Position numbers and translations under genes: made by a program. From positions 1 through 64,000 of the IMG/VR virus record IMGVR_UViG_3300044614_000912: a stretch of 64,000 nt of DNA, one strand, 5' to 3'. Positions 37,389-48,134 of the stretch are shown one piece after another. The notes beneath the pieces are model-generated. The model was given only the letters and a program-made list of their open reading frames with translations. It made no database searches and was not told the origin of the DNA. Numbering within the stretch: the first letter of the stretch is position 1; each line of letters begins with the position of its first letter. The stretch comes from a virus.

Positions 37389-37397
37389 GAGGATAAA

Positions 37398-37688
37398 ATG
37401 TCAATTAATTATTTGATTTACGGATTATTAGCCATAGGATGTTTAACTATTTTATCAAACTTTCTTGATGCTAAATGGATTATAGCCAAGCTTTTTGCTA
37501 AAAAGATAAAACCACTCGCAGTATCAAAAGACTCAACGAGTAAAGAAGCAGATTTTTTACATATCATTTCTCTATGGTATCAATTAAAAGAACAATGCGA
37601 CCGATGCAAATTAAAAATAGCATCAGAGAAACTAGATGAGGTTTTTCCTCTACTAAATGGAGTGCTAGATGATGAACAAGATATTTAA
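37398..37688 (+). CDS. membrane protein
   Basis: N-terminal TM. Confidence 0.68.
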   Translation: MSINYLIYGLLAIGCLTILSNFLDAKWIIAKLFAKKIKPLAVSKDSTSKEADFLHIISLWYQLKEQCDRCKLKIASEKLDEVFPLLNGVLDDEQDI

Positions 37689-38136
37689 TATTAGAACAGC
37701 TATAGGTTTAGCTTGTATTATTGCTGCATTAGTATTAGCGTACAAGCCGTCAATAGGTCCACGCCCAATAGAAAATGATCTGTCGGTTTTAAACATAGAA
37801 AAACCGTCTGATGATATTCTACAAATTGTAACCCCTATGGCTCAAGCAATTACTGATCCAACAGACAAAGCCAAGTTGGCAATTTTTAATCAAGAATTCT
37901 CAACAAGACTTCTTAAATATGATACCGATATACAAAAACTTAATGATGTTTATGTTCTAGCGGCCTCAACTTTTTTTGAAGACTCATTAAAAAATAAGTA
38001 TGATAACTTAGACACAAATATTATCAAGCTTATTGAACTAGTTACTACAGACGAAAATCATACGATTACTCCAGAAGAGAAAGAAAAAATCTCAAAGAAT
38101 TTTCTAGGATTCTCTTGGGCTTTAATTTACAGGTAA
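37672..38136 (+). CDS. membrane-anchored protein
   Basis: N-terminal TM. Confidence 0.7.
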   Translation: MNKIFNIRTAIGLACIIAALVLAYKPSIGPRPIENDLSVLNIEKPSDDILQIVTPMAQAITDPTDKAKLAIFNQEFSTRLLKYDTDIQKLNDVYVLAASTFFEDSLKNKYDNLDTNIIKLIELVTTDENHTITPEEKEKISKNFLGFSWALIYR

Positions 38137-38140
38137 AACT

Positions 38141-38770
38141 ATGAAAATACAGATTCAACAAATCAGAGATATAATAGATTCCATATTTTCTAACTCTGGT
38201 TATAACATAAAGAATCTAAATCTACAATTCCCACACCCTCTGGATATGAAAATAACCAGAAACAATGAGGATATTACATTAACCTTTACGCAGTCTATGC
38301 CAAAGGTGACATGGAAGAAATTCATCTCTTTGTCTGCTAGAATTATTGGTATCACGCTTGGAGAAACCGGTGGAGTTCTAAAATTAAAATATTTACCAGA
38401 TATAACGTTTTCTTATGATGATTCATCAACAGAACAATTATTTGGTAAGTCATATAATTTTTACGACATAGAAGAAGATATCTATTCAGAATATGAGGAT
38501 GAAGAAAGTCGCATCGTGGCAAAAAAGTGCTTGCACTATGCGTCTGAATGGGCTACAATAGCAAGTCAAGGATGTGATTTTGCTTCCGCAACTCCTATCA
38601 CAAGAAGAAAGCTCAAAAAAGATTGCAAACAGTTTGTAATGGATAACATCAAAAATGATCCAGAAATTCAAGCTGGATCGGTTATCCTAACATTTTTGTT
38701 TTTCTATGTTGTTCTTCCTGTGATTTTGAAGTTTATACTTGAAAGGCTATTCAAAAAGCTTTTCAACTGA
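38141..38770 (+). CDS. protein with a C-terminal TM anchor
   Basis: GSVILTFLFFYVVLPVILKFI. Confidence 0.72.
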   Translation: MKIQIQQIRDIIDSIFSNSGYNIKNLNLQFPHPLDMKITRNNEDITLTFTQSMPKVTWKKFISLSARIIGITLGETGGVLKLKYLPDITFSYDDSSTEQLFGKSYNFYDIEEDIYSEYEDEESRIVAKKCLHYASEWATIASQGCDFASATPITRRKLKKDCKQFVMDNIKNDPEIQAGSVILTFLFFYVVLPVILKFILERLFKKLFN

Positions 38771-38811
38771 TATTGATTTCGACAAAACAATTTATTTAGA
38801 GGGGATACTAT

Positions 38812-41040
38812 ATGCAGGTTCAGAAGAGGAACGGCAGTCTTGAGGCATATACCGTAGAAAAGATTCATAAGGTAGTAGAGTGGGCGATTAGTGGTATAAA
38901 TAATGTTTCTTGGTCAGATATTGAAATGAATGCCAAGCTCTCTCTAAGAGATGGCATAACCACTCAAGAGATTCATCAGATTTTAATCAAGTCTGCTAAT
39001 GATCTTACTTCTCCTAGCAAGCCCAACTATCAGTATGTTGCGTCAAGACTCTTAAACATGTCTCTTCGCAAAGACCTATGGGAAAAGTACGATAACCCGC
39101 CATCACTTTACAGTCATATCTCTTCAAATATAGAGGATGGCATATACGACGAAACCCTATTAACAAAGTGGAGCAAATCTGATATAGAGAAAATCGAACA
39201 GGCCATTGATCACGACAGAGATTACCTATTTACCTACGCTGGATTGCAGCAACTAATAGATAAATATCTTGTAAAAAATAGGTCAACGGGCAAAATATAT
39301 GAAACCCCACAATTTGCATACATCTGTATTGCACTATCTTTATTTAACACAATTGAAGAAGTTGAAGAAGCATATGAATGTTTTTCTACATTCAAGATCA
39401 ATCTACCCACCCCAATCATGGCTGGCGTAAGAACTAAAATTAAACAATTTGCCAGTTGCGTTCTCGTAGATGTTGAGGATGATTTAGGCTCTATCTTTTC
39501 TAGCGTTCATGCCGTGGGAAAGTATACAGCAAGAAGGGCTGGAATTGGACTAAATATTGGGAGAATACGACCTATCAATTCAAGTATTCGCGGCGGTGAA
39601 GTAATACACACCGGTCTTATCCCATACTTAAAGATATTTGAGTCTACCGTAAAGGCCACAAGTCAAAATGGAATTCGTGGAGGATCAGCGACGGTTCACA
39701 TTCCCTTTTGGCACTATGAGATAGAAGATATTGTGGCATTAAAGAATAATGCAGGAACAGACGATAATAGAGTAAGAAAGCTCGACTATTCCGTTCAATT
39801 CAATAAGCTATTCTATGAACGTCTAATTAAGAATGAGGATATTACCCTATTCAGTCCAGAAGAAACTGGTGGGCTGTATAGTTCAATGAATGACAATGAA
39901 GACTTCAAAAAGCTTTATGAAAAGTATGAAAATAGCAGATACGTAAAGATGAAGAAAAAGATTAGTGCCAGAAAGTTAGCAGAAATCTTTGCCAAGGAAA
40001 GACTAGAAACTGGTCGCATTTATGTTATGAATATTGATAATGCCAATGAGCATGGCTCTTGGTCAGTTCCTGTCTATATGAGCAATCTATGTCAAGAAAT
40101 TATTCATCCGACAATACCCATTCATTCCATTGATGATCCAAACGGAGAAATTGGTATTTGTATTTTGTCTGCTTTAAATCTATTAGAGCTAGAATCCGAC
40201 GATGATATAGAGCAAGCTTGTTCAATTGCAGTAAGAACGTTGGAATCAATTATTGACTACCAAGATTATCCTGTTCTTGCTGGAGAAAACTTTACAAAAA
40301 ATAGAAGATCGTTAGGTATCGGCATTACTAATTTTGCTGGATACTTGGCGAAGAACAAATTAAAATATGATGATCCAGAGACTCTCAAATTAGTTCATGA
40401 GACTATGGAAAAAATACAATGGCATTTACTCAACGAATCTTGCAAATTAGCAGAAAAATTGGGTCCATGCAATAAGTTTGCGGAAACAAAATATGCCAAT
40501 GGCTTGCTACCAATAGATTGGTACAAAAAAACAGTTGACGAACTTGTGACCCCGCAGTATACTATGGATTGGGAGAGTCTAAGGCAGAGAATATCAAAGC
40601 ATGGGCTAAGACACTCTACCCTTACTGCCATCATGCCTTGTGAATCTTCTAGCGTCATTCAGAATAGCACTAATGGAATAGAACCAGTAAGAAGCCTTAT
40701 GTCATATAAGAAGGCAAAAAACGGAGTTCTAAAACAGCTAGTGCCAAATTATGCCTCTAGAAAAAACTATTATACCCTAGCGTGGGAAATGGAAGACAAC
40801 AAGGCGATTTTAAATATTTGTGCGGTCTTGCAGAAATTTGTCGATATGAGTATTAGCGTCAATCTATATTACAATTATTCCCATTATCCTGACGGCAATA
40901 TTCCGTTGAGTATTTTGATCAAAGATCAAATTTACGGGTATAAATATGGTGTGAAGAACTTTTATTACTGCAATACTCCTGACGGTGACGGTCAAACAGA
41001 AAAGTCTTCGGGTTGTGAATCCGGTTCTTGTGCAATATAA
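38812..41040 (+). CDS. nrdA: ribonucleotide reductase class Ia alpha
   Basis: ATP-cone VQKRNG, PTPIMAG, SCVL, SNLCQE, C-terminal CESGSC. Confidence 0.98.
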   Translation: MQVQKRNGSLEAYTVEKIHKVVEWAISGINNVSWSDIEMNAKLSLRDGITTQEIHQILIKSANDLTSPSKPNYQYVASRLLNMSLRKDLWEKYDNPPSLYSHISSNIEDGIYDETLLTKWSKSDIEKIEQAIDHDRDYLFTYAGLQQLIDKYLVKNRSTGKIYETPQFAYICIALSLFNTIEEVEEAYECFSTFKINLPTPIMAGVRTKIKQFASCVLVDVEDDLGSIFSSVHAVGKYTARRAGIGLNIGRIRPINSSIRGGEVIHTGLIPYLKIFESTVKATSQNGIRGGSATVHIPFWHYEIEDIVALKNNAGTDDNRVRKLDYSVQFNKLFYERLIKNEDITLFSPEETGGLYSSMNDNEDFKKLYEKYENSRYVKMKKKISARKLAEIFAKERLETGRIYVMNIDNANEHGSWSVPVYMSNLCQEIIHPTIPIHSIDDPNGEIGICILSALNLLELESDDDIEQACSIAVRTLESIIDYQDYPVLAGENFTKNRRSLGIGITNFAGYLAKNKLKYDDPETLKLVHETMEKIQWHLLNESCKLAEKLGPCNKFAETKYANGLLPIDWYKKTVDELVTPQYTMDWESLRQRISKHGLRHSTLTAIMPCESSSVIQNSTNGIEPVRSLMSYKKAKNGVLKQLVPNYASRKNYYTLAWEMEDNKAILNICAVLQKFVDMSISVNLYYNYSHYPDGNIPLSILIKDQIYGYKYGVKNFYYCNTPDGDGQTEKSSGCESGSCAI

Positions 41041-41049
41041 GGAGTACAT

Positions 41050-42129
41050 ATGAAAACAATACTAAATAAGCATAACGTTGATTACTTGGCACAACCCCTT
41101 TTCTTGGGAGAAGACCTGTCCCTACAGAGATATGACAAGTTCAAATATCCTGTATTCTTTGATTTATACAAAAAACAGCTAGAATTCTTTTGGAGGCCAG
41201 AAGAAATAGAGCTGAAGAAAGATCGTAACGATTTCAAAAATGACGATGTAATGTCAGAAAATGAGCGTTTCATCTTTACATCCAATTTAAAATACCAAAC
41301 AATGATGGATAGCGTAATCTGTCGTGGAGTTCCTACGCTAACAGAATATGTTTCTAATCCAGAATTAGAAGCATGTATGAACGTATGGCAATTCTTTGAA
41401 CAAATTCATAGCTACAGTTACACATATATCATCAAGAACGTTTATAGCAATCCAAGCGAAATATTAGATAGCTGCTTAACAGATAAAGAAATTCTAAAAC
41501 GAGCCAATGTGGCTATCAAAGAATATAACGCCCTGAGAGAAATAGGACATTCCGGCAAGCTTAAAGACATTAAAAAGCAGATTTACCTAACTCTCGTAAG
41601 CGTTAATATACTTGAAGCTGTTCGTTTTTATGTCTCTTTTATTTGTGCATTTGCATTTGCTGAAAATAAGAAAATGATAGGCAATGCCGATATTATTAAA
41701 TTGATCAAACGTGATGAGGCTTTACATCTTTATAATACCCAAGAGATTCTTAAGATTTTACATACCAATCCAGACGAAGGATTTGTAAAGATCGCAGAAG
41801 AGTGCCAAGAAGATGCGGTGAAAATGTTTGAATCAGCCGCTACAGAGGAAAAGGCTTGGTCAGAATATCTCTTTAAAGATGGGTCAATTATTGGCTTAAA
41901 TGAAAAGGTCATGGCCGACTATATAGATTGGCTTTGTATGACCAGAAGAAAAAATATTGGCCTACCATATGATAAGGGTTGCAGAAATCCCATCGCTGGA
42001 TGGACCGATCCTTGGATGAATAGTGAGTCTGTACAGGTAGCACCGCAGGAACACGAAATTACTTCATACAAAATTGGTGCTAGCAAGAACGATCTTGAAG
42101 ATACTGACTTTGGAGGAATCGAACTATGA
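41050..42129 (+). CDS. nrdB: ribonucleotide reductase class Ia beta
   Basis: FFWRPEE, EQIHSYSY, EAVRFYVSF, RDEALH, VAPQE. Confidence 0.98.
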   Translation: MKTILNKHNVDYLAQPLFLGEDLSLQRYDKFKYPVFFDLYKKQLEFFWRPEEIELKKDRNDFKNDDVMSENERFIFTSNLKYQTMMDSVICRGVPTLTEYVSNPELEACMNVWQFFEQIHSYSYTYIIKNVYSNPSEILDSCLTDKEILKRANVAIKEYNALREIGHSGKLKDIKKQIYLTLVSVNILEAVRFYVSFICAFAFAENKKMIGNADIIKLIKRDEALHLYNTQEILKILHTNPDEGFVKIAEECQEDAVKMFESAATEEKAWSEYLFKDGSIIGLNEKVMADYIDWLCMTRRKNIGLPYDKGCRNPIAGWTDPWMNSESVQVAPQEHEITSYKIGASKNDLEDTDFGGIEL

Positions 42130-42557
42130 CAACAAGCACCGTGAAGGTTGTGTTACTCAACGAATTGGCAAAAATGCCAACAAAAACAAATCTTACTGAT
42201 GCCGGATTTGATTTATACTCAATTATTAACACCGTCATCCCATCAAAACAACGCAAGACTGTCAGCACCGGAATATCGCTAGAAATGCCAGAACATTTTG
42301 CTGGTTTAATTTGGCCTAGATCGGGCCTATCTGTTAAACAAGGTATAGATGTTCTAGCAGGAGTAGTGGATAGCGGATATAGAGGAGAAATAATGGTTTG
42401 TTTATACAACACTTCTGACGAAAATGTTACTATAAACACCGGGGATAGAATCGCTCAGATTATATTCCAAGAGGTTCCTCGCGTACTTATGGAGGTCCAT
42501 GACTCGTTAGGTTCCTCGCAACGAGGAGACAACGGCTTTGGCAGCAGCGGAAAATAA
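42126..42557 (+). CDS. dut: dUTPase
   Basis: AGFDL, RSGLS, GVVDSGYRGE, RIAQ, RGDNGFGSSG. Confidence 0.98.
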   Translation: MTTSTVKVVLLNELAKMPTKTNLTDAGFDLYSIINTVIPSKQRKTVSTGISLEMPEHFAGLIWPRSGLSVKQGIDVLAGVVDSGYRGEIMVCLYNTSDENVTINTGDRIAQIIFQEVPRVLMEVHDSLGSSQRGDNGFGSSGK

Positions 42558-43224
42558 CAACTCGAAAAAAAATAAGAAAGCTAGAAATAGAAATCAACCA
42601 AAAGAAAATGTTCTCGTAGCAAAGACAGAAAACCAAAAAACATATATCAGATCAATAGTAGAAAATGATATCACATTTTGTACTGGACCGTCTGGAACCG
42701 GTAAATCTTTTATAGCTGCCGGTATTGCCGCTGAACATCTTGTAAAAGATAAGATTGAGACTATAATAGTAACAAGGCCATTAATTTGTACTGGTAAAGA
42801 TATCGGATCATTACCCGGAGAATTGAATGAAAAGATTAAACCATATTTACAACCAATGGAAGAGAATTTAAAATACTTTCTTGGAAGAGATAAGTTTGGA
42901 TTATATTTCAATACCAGACGCATCAAATTTGAACCCCTAGAAACAATGCGTGGTGCAACATTTCATAATGCTTACATGATTCTTGATGAAGCACAGAATT
43001 GTACATTAGAACAGATAAAAATGTTTATTACGCGAATGGGTGAAAATTCCAAAGTCATTATCAACGGAGATACCAAACAGACTGATCTTTACAATAATAC
43101 CGGTTTATCATATTGCTTGAATAAACTCAGTGATATAAATGGTATCGGTATTTGCGAGTTAGGATATAGTGATATTCAAAGAAATGGAATATTAGGAGCT
43201 GTATTACACGCTTTAGAATCTTGA
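42538..43224 (+). CDS. phoH: PhoH-family protein
   Basis: GPSGTGKS, MRGATF, DEAQN, GDTKQTD. Confidence 0.96.
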   Translation: MAAAENNNSKKNKKARNRNQPKENVLVAKTENQKTYIRSIVENDITFCTGPSGTGKSFIAAGIAAEHLVKDKIETIIVTRPLICTGKDIGSLPGELNEKIKPYLQPMEENLKYFLGRDKFGLYFNTRRIKFEPLETMRGATFHNAYMILDEAQNCTLEQIKMFITRMGENSKVIINGDTKQTDLYNNTGLSYCLNKLSDINGIGICELGYSDIQRNGILGAVLHALES

Positions 43225-43231
43225 GGACAAA

Positions 43232-43585
43232 ATGTTATATGATTATAGGTGCGACAATTGTTCGCACGAATTAAAGGATGTTTATCAGTCTATCAAAGAT
43301 AATGCTCTCACGGAGTGTCCTGCTTGTGGAAAGGACACTCTGTGTAGAGTAATATATGGTGGACTAGGATCGTTTATGAAGGAAGCCAAGACTATAGGCC
43401 AGTTAGCAGATAAAAATTGGTCAAAGATGGGTTCTTATCAAAAATCAGAAATAGAACACGAACGCAAGTCTCAACAAAAAGAAGAAGCTTCGCCCTTCTC
43501 TTCCTTTGGCAATGCTTCAAGAAAAGAAATTGGCAAAATGACACCGGCTCAAAAAAAGAAATATATTATCACAGGTGAAAAATGA
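43232..43585 (+). CDS. FmdB-like Zn-ribbon protein
   Basis: YDYRCDNC...CPACG. Confidence 0.82.
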   Translation: MLYDYRCDNCSHELKDVYQSIKDNALTECPACGKDTLCRVIYGGLGSFMKEAKTIGQLADKNWSKMGSYQKSEIEHERKSQQKEEASPFSSFGNASRKEIGKMTPAQKKKYIITGEK

Positions 43586-43923
43586 AGTTTATTCAGTCTC
43601 ATTTGGATGTTGAAAACAATAAAACATCTACTCAGAATCTTTTTGACGATAAGGGAAATCCACTCAATGACGAGAAAGATAGGGTTTGGGCTAAGAATCT
43701 AGTAATAGATTTAGGGCACAATCAGCATCAGCATCAATATTTTATCCGCACGTATAACAATATCCCTCTTGACCCTATGGGTCCAGAAGCTGGTAGAGAT
43801 ATTTGGAGAAGAACAGAACTCAAGTCTGTATCTCAGAAAACCTTTGACTATTATATGTTATATCTAAGGTCAAAGAATGGACTTTATATGACAAGGGCAC
43901 AAAGGAGTTTTATCAATGGCTAG
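43582..43923 (+). CDS. hypothetical protein
   Basis: DPMG...FDYYMLYLRSKN...AQR. Confidence 0.72.
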   Translation: MKFIQSHLDVENNKTSTQNLFDDKGNPLNDEKDRVWAKNLVIDLGHNQHQHQYFIRTYNNIPLDPMGPEAGRDIWRRTELKSVSQKTFDYYMLYLRSKNGLYMTRAQRSFING

Positions 43924-44221
43924 TAAACGAGGACCGCTTAGTAAGGCAGAAACATTTTATATCGAAGAACATGTAAAGATGGGCCAAGATATTACAACTA
44001 TAGCCACAGATTTAGATAGGCCAGCAAAGTCAATAGAAAAATGTGTTGCTAAAGCTCAAAAAGAAAATGCACCAAAAGGATTAACGGCGTCTGATCAGTT
44101 TATTCGTAAGAATGGTGCTGTAATTATGACAGAGAATGCATCCACTATTAGTGACGCACGAAGAAAATCTACTGCAAATAAGCGCAGTACTAGCTGCGTA
44201 ATTAAAATAAAAGATGACTAA
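43916..44221 (+). CDS. HTH-like hypothetical protein
   Basis: IATDLDRPAKSI. Confidence 0.65.
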   Translation: MASKRGPLSKAETFYIEEHVKMGQDITTIATDLDRPAKSIEKCVAKAQKENAPKGLTASDQFIRKNGAVIMTENASTISDARRKSTANKRSTSCVIKIKDD

Positions 44222-44843
44222 GCTAGAGCTAAGTAATATTACTCTTGTTTGTGCAACCTCGGACAAAATAAAAGAAACTTTAAAAGCTATTGAAATTTGT
44301 ACGAATTATGCAAACTTCGATAAAATCATACTTTTTTCAGATATTGATACAGAATACACTATAACAATTGACAAATTAAATTCCACGTTAGAATATAACA
44401 AATTTGTATATTATGAATTGCCCAAATACATCGATACTGAGTTTATTCTTAGCATTCAATGGGATGGATTTATAATTAATCCTCTGGCATGGACAGATGA
44501 ATTTTTGCAATATGATTACATTGGGGCACCTTGGCCTTGGAACCAACTTTGTGGGAATAGTGGTTTTTGTCTAAAAAGCCAAAAGTTCTTAGAGTCACAA
44601 AAAATATTATCGCAACAATATGATTTAGAGAATGATGATGTTCATGGACACCACGGATTGCACGATGATGTTATGCTATGTATAAAGTTACGTGATCAGT
44701 TTACCGAACTGGGATGCAAATATGCTACTCCAGAAGTAGGCTATAAATTTTCAACAGAATATGGTGTATATGATGAACATAAATCTTTTGGATTTCATGA
44801 CTTTAGACAACAACCACAATTTAGACACTTAATTTACGGATAA
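44214..44843 (+). CDS. DUF5672-like protein (glycosyltransferase-associated)
   Basis: QWDGF, YDYIGAPW, GNSGFCLKS, FSTE, FGFH. Confidence 0.82.
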   Translation: MTKLELSNITLVCATSDKIKETLKAIEICTNYANFDKIILFSDIDTEYTITIDKLNSTLEYNKFVYYELPKYIDTEFILSIQWDGFIINPLAWTDEFLQYDYIGAPWPWNQLCGNSGFCLKSQKFLESQKILSQQYDLENDDVHGHHGLHDDVMLCIKLRDQFTELGCKYATPEVGYKFSTEYGVYDEHKSFGFHDFRQQPQFRHLIYG

Positions 44844-44847
44844 AAAT

Positions 44848-45276
44848 ATGATTACTTCTTATGAGGCTTGGTTAGAAGAATATAGAAAAGATAAGTATAA
44901 GATATGGATTAGAGTAACCTTATCTAATGGGGCCGACGTTTATTTGCCAGAACATAAAGATTGGTTAAAACTTAAAATATATTGCGAAGAAAATAAACTT
45001 GGTATCACAAGTGTTGGATTACAGTATCGTTCTCATTCAGTGGGGGTTGATACATCCGATGCCGATGGTGTATACTTGGTTCGATCCCTTGTTGGAGTAA
45101 TGGGAGAAAATAGCAGAAATACTATAACGATTGGTAAACTGTACGGAACCGACGTTCATAAAACGCTATGGATTACTCCAGAATTGATTGAAGAAACTAA
45201 AGAAATTACGAACGTTGACGAATGCTTTAAGGAAGCGTTGATATTGAATTATGAAGAAAAAACCGGAACTATTTAA
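44848..45276 (+). CDS. hypothetical protein
   Basis: ORF track. Confidence 0.72.
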   Translation: MITSYEAWLEEYRKDKYKIWIRVTLSNGADVYLPEHKDWLKLKIYCEENKLGITSVGLQYRSHSVGVDTSDADGVYLVRSLVGVMGENSRNTITIGKLYGTDVHKTLWITPELIEETKEITNVDECFKEALILNYEEKTGTI

Positions 45277-45760
45277 TAAAAATTTTCAAAAGCAATGGTC
45301 TGAAACTCATAAATACAAGCATATTCATACTGGCGAATACTGTACTTTTGAGGCGTATGTTGCAGAGTATATTGTGTTGCGAAGATCAGAAAAGTTGAAT
45401 TTGGGGAAGCCATCTTATAAATTTTGGACCAAGGGTGATCCTCTACACTGGCTTTGGAAAAAGCAATATGGTGCCGCTATCCAACTTAAAAAGAAATATA
45501 GCGAAGAAGCTATATTGAGTGCTATCAAATCTAAGGATTTTGATGGCCTTTTGGTTCTAGGCGTTCAGAATGGCAGAGGATACAAAGTTAACCCTCTAGC
45601 AGAAAAAGTGATTCAAAAGCACCAGAAACTTCTAGAAGAGTCTCAGCAGAAAATTGAAGTCAATATGAATGTTGAAACGGAAGAAAAACAGATTGAGACA
45701 AGATCGACGCAGAGCTATAATACAAAAAGGACTACCATGAACCAGTTGAGGAACCTATGA
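45251..45760 (+). CDS. hypothetical protein
   Basis: ORF track. Confidence 0.72.
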   Translation: MKKKPELFNKNFQKQWSETHKYKHIHTGEYCTFEAYVAEYIVLRRSEKLNLGKPSYKFWTKGDPLHWLWKKQYGAAIQLKKKYSEEAILSAIKSKDFDGLLVLGVQNGRGYKVNPLAEKVIQKHQKLLEESQQKIEVNMNVETEEKQIETRSTQSYNTKRTTMNQLRNL

Positions 45761-46863
45761 GTAAGACAAAAAAGGCAAGTACGAAGTTTGCAGAAGACAG
45801 TGTAAGCAGTTCAATTGTTAGCAAGTATGGCGACGTTGTTCGCAGTGGTACGGAAGTACTAGACAATATCAATAGCTTATCTGTAGTTGGCGTATCGCCA
45901 GCACTAGATATCGCTTTAGGTGGAGGGTTACGCGAAGGTTCAGTCGTTGTAATGACGGGTGATCCAAAGAGCGGGAAAACAACAACTGCTTTACATTTTG
46001 CATCAAAATGTCAACAACTTGGTAAGCGTGTCATCTATGTAAACACTGAGGGTAGACTATCTAAACAAAACTTTGATGGTATCAAAGGATTACAGCCAGA
46101 TAATATTTTGATTATAGAGTCAACCGATGAAAGAGTATTATCTGCGGAAGACTTCTTGAATATCATAGAGTTTTATATCAATAATGATCCCGGCTCCTTG
46201 ATTATAGCGGACTCTCTTTCAAATATGGTTCCGGCGTGTGAATTAGAAGGAGAAGTTCGCACCGGTGTTAGAAATGCACTCCCAAGGCTCTTGTCCATGT
46301 TCTTCAAAAGAATCAGCGGAACCCTCATGAAGAACAAGACTATTTTAATATGCATCACACACAACATTGCCAACACTGGAGGTTCCCCATACGCACCACA
46401 AAAGATGGCAGATTGTGGAAATATGTTGCAATATCAAGCTGGAACAAATATGATTATAACCCATCGTGGTAAATGGCAAGTTCCAAAAGATACCGGTCCT
46501 CACGTTGGTCAGATTGCTAATTGGGTAATTAAAACTTCTAATGCTGGAGGCAGACCAAATAGCACAGCGGAAAGCTGGATTAAATATGGCATTGGAATAG
46601 ACGAAGCACAAGAAATCATACAGATTGCATGTGAGTTCAGATTGATTAAAGCTGCTGGAGCGTGGTATACGATACAATGTGCTGTAGATGAAGCAGATAA
46701 TCCTGTTGTTGCAAAGGTTCTAGAAAGCAATAGCATAAACAAAACTCCAGATGAAATAGAGAGATTTTTCAAGTTTCAAGGCATCAACAATGTGGCAGAG
46801 TTTATCAACAATAATCCATCTATTGCTAGCTTCCTGTATCAGAAAATAAAGGAGTTGCATTGA
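45757..46863 (+). CDS. recA: RecA/UvsX-like recombinase
   Basis: SPALDIALGGG, GDPKSGKTT, IADS, KAAGAWY. Confidence 0.92.
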   Translation: MSKTKKASTKFAEDSVSSSIVSKYGDVVRSGTEVLDNINSLSVVGVSPALDIALGGGLREGSVVVMTGDPKSGKTTTALHFASKCQQLGKRVIYVNTEGRLSKQNFDGIKGLQPDNILIIESTDERVLSAEDFLNIIEFYINNDPGSLIIADSLSNMVPACELEGEVRTGVRNALPRLLSMFFKRISGTLMKNKTILICITHNIANTGGSPYAPQKMADCGNMLQYQAGTNMIITHRGKWQVPKDTGPHVGQIANWVIKTSNAGGRPNSTAESWIKYGIGIDEAQEIIQIACEFRLIKAAGAWYTIQCAVDEADNPVVAKVLESNSINKTPDEIERFFKFQGINNVAEFINNNPSIASFLYQKIKELH

Positions 46864-47282
46864 AAGTTACTGGCATCAATGGTAAAGAATATGTATGGAA
46901 TCTTACTGGATATGATGTTTTTAACGACGATAAGCGTAAAAGATCAAAGTTTCATGTTAGAGCAAGGGGACTATTAAAAGAACTATTTAATAGCTATAGA
47001 ATACTAGAAGAAGTAAAACTACCGGGAAGTACAGAGTTACACAGAAAATCTGTACTGTACCTTGACTTTTACATCCCTTCGATTAAACTAGCCATAGAAG
47101 TTCATGGGCAACAGCATTATGAATTTTGCCCATTTTTTCACAAGAGCAAAGCGGATTTTTTGAAGGGAAAAGCTAGGGATGAAGATAAAATAGCTTGGTG
47201 CGAATTGAACGATATACGACTTGTAACTCTAAAATATACAGAAAGTGATGATGAGTGGCGACAAAGAATTAAAAGCATCTGA
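46860..47282 (+). CDS. Vsr/DUF559-like endonuclease
   Basis: LDFYIP..LAIEVHGQQH...RDEDK..WC. Confidence 0.82.
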   Translation: MKVTGINGKEYVWNLTGYDVFNDDKRKRSKFHVRARGLLKELFNSYRILEEVKLPGSTELHRKSVLYLDFYIPSIKLAIEVHGQQHYEFCPFFHKSKADFLKGKARDEDKIAWCELNDIRLVTLKYTESDDEWRQRIKSI

Positions 47283-47727
47283 TAGACTAGCAGAACATCT
47301 TGAGTCTATCAACAACTATATAAATAGCACTAATACGAAGTTCTCTTCTTTTAGAGAAGAGTATCTATTAGTGTCAGACTTATCAATGGATCAACTCAGA
47401 AAGTTGACTCAGCAAGAATTATTCGATGCCGCATATTTAATGTATGGATATGCCACATATATTCAAGACGAAATTAATAAAAACAAGGTTGCTTTAAGTT
47501 GGTGCCATGATCAAATGGAAAAGCTCATTGTAAAACATAATCAAGATTTCAGTCAGTATACAAAACATGAATCCAAAAAACATATTTTGTCACAAAACAA
47601 TTCATATGCAGCGGCTTTGGAAAACATGAGGGAAGTTGCAGAGGCCAGACTTAATTTATTAGATGGTAAGGTTTATGAATTAAAAAGAAAGGCAGACATT
47701 CTGCTAGAGAAAGGAAAACGACAATGA
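47251..47727 (+). CDS. helical protein, possible recombination mediator
   Basis: Coiled-coil, located between recA and dnaB. Confidence 0.6.
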   Translation: MSGDKELKASDRLAEHLESINNYINSTNTKFSSFREEYLLVSDLSMDQLRKLTQQELFDAAYLMYGYATYIQDEINKNKVALSWCHDQMEKLIVKHNQDFSQYTKHESKKHILSQNNSYAAALENMREVAEARLNLLDGKVYELKRKADILLEKGKRQ

Positions 47728-48131
47728 CCGATTTTAATGATTTCATCGCATCGTTAACTGATGAACAAAAAGCTAAATTTATGGCTGCTTTGTCGCAAAA
47801 TACAACCAAGCCAGCCACTCCAGCACCAGAAACCAAAACTCAATCACGACAGAGTTCTGTCACTGTCGGTGATAACTTTATAGTTACAAAGACAGAAGAA
47901 ACTTCATCAAATAGTAGGAGAAGAGAACCCGTGAGAGCCAAGAAGAATCAGTGGACTGACGAAGGGGAATTTAGAGATATTGAAACTAATTATGGCGAAA
48001 AAACCCCAAGAAACAGACCACCACAAAAGAAGGTAGACGTTGAATGTAGCGTATGCGGGCGATCATTTAAAACAGACCCAAGATATGTTTATGGAGAATA
48101 TCATCGTTGCAGCAAGTGTGTTGGACGATAA
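47724..48131 (+). CDS. hypothetical protein with a C-terminal Zn finger
   Basis: CSVC...CSKC. Confidence 0.7.
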   Translation: MTDFNDFIASLTDEQKAKFMAALSQNTTKPATPAPETKTQSRQSSVTVGDNFIVTKTEETSSNSRRREPVRAKKNQWTDEGEFRDIETNYGEKTPRNRPPQKKVDVECSVCGRSFKTDPRYVYGEYHRCSKCVGR

Positions 48132-48134
48132 ATT

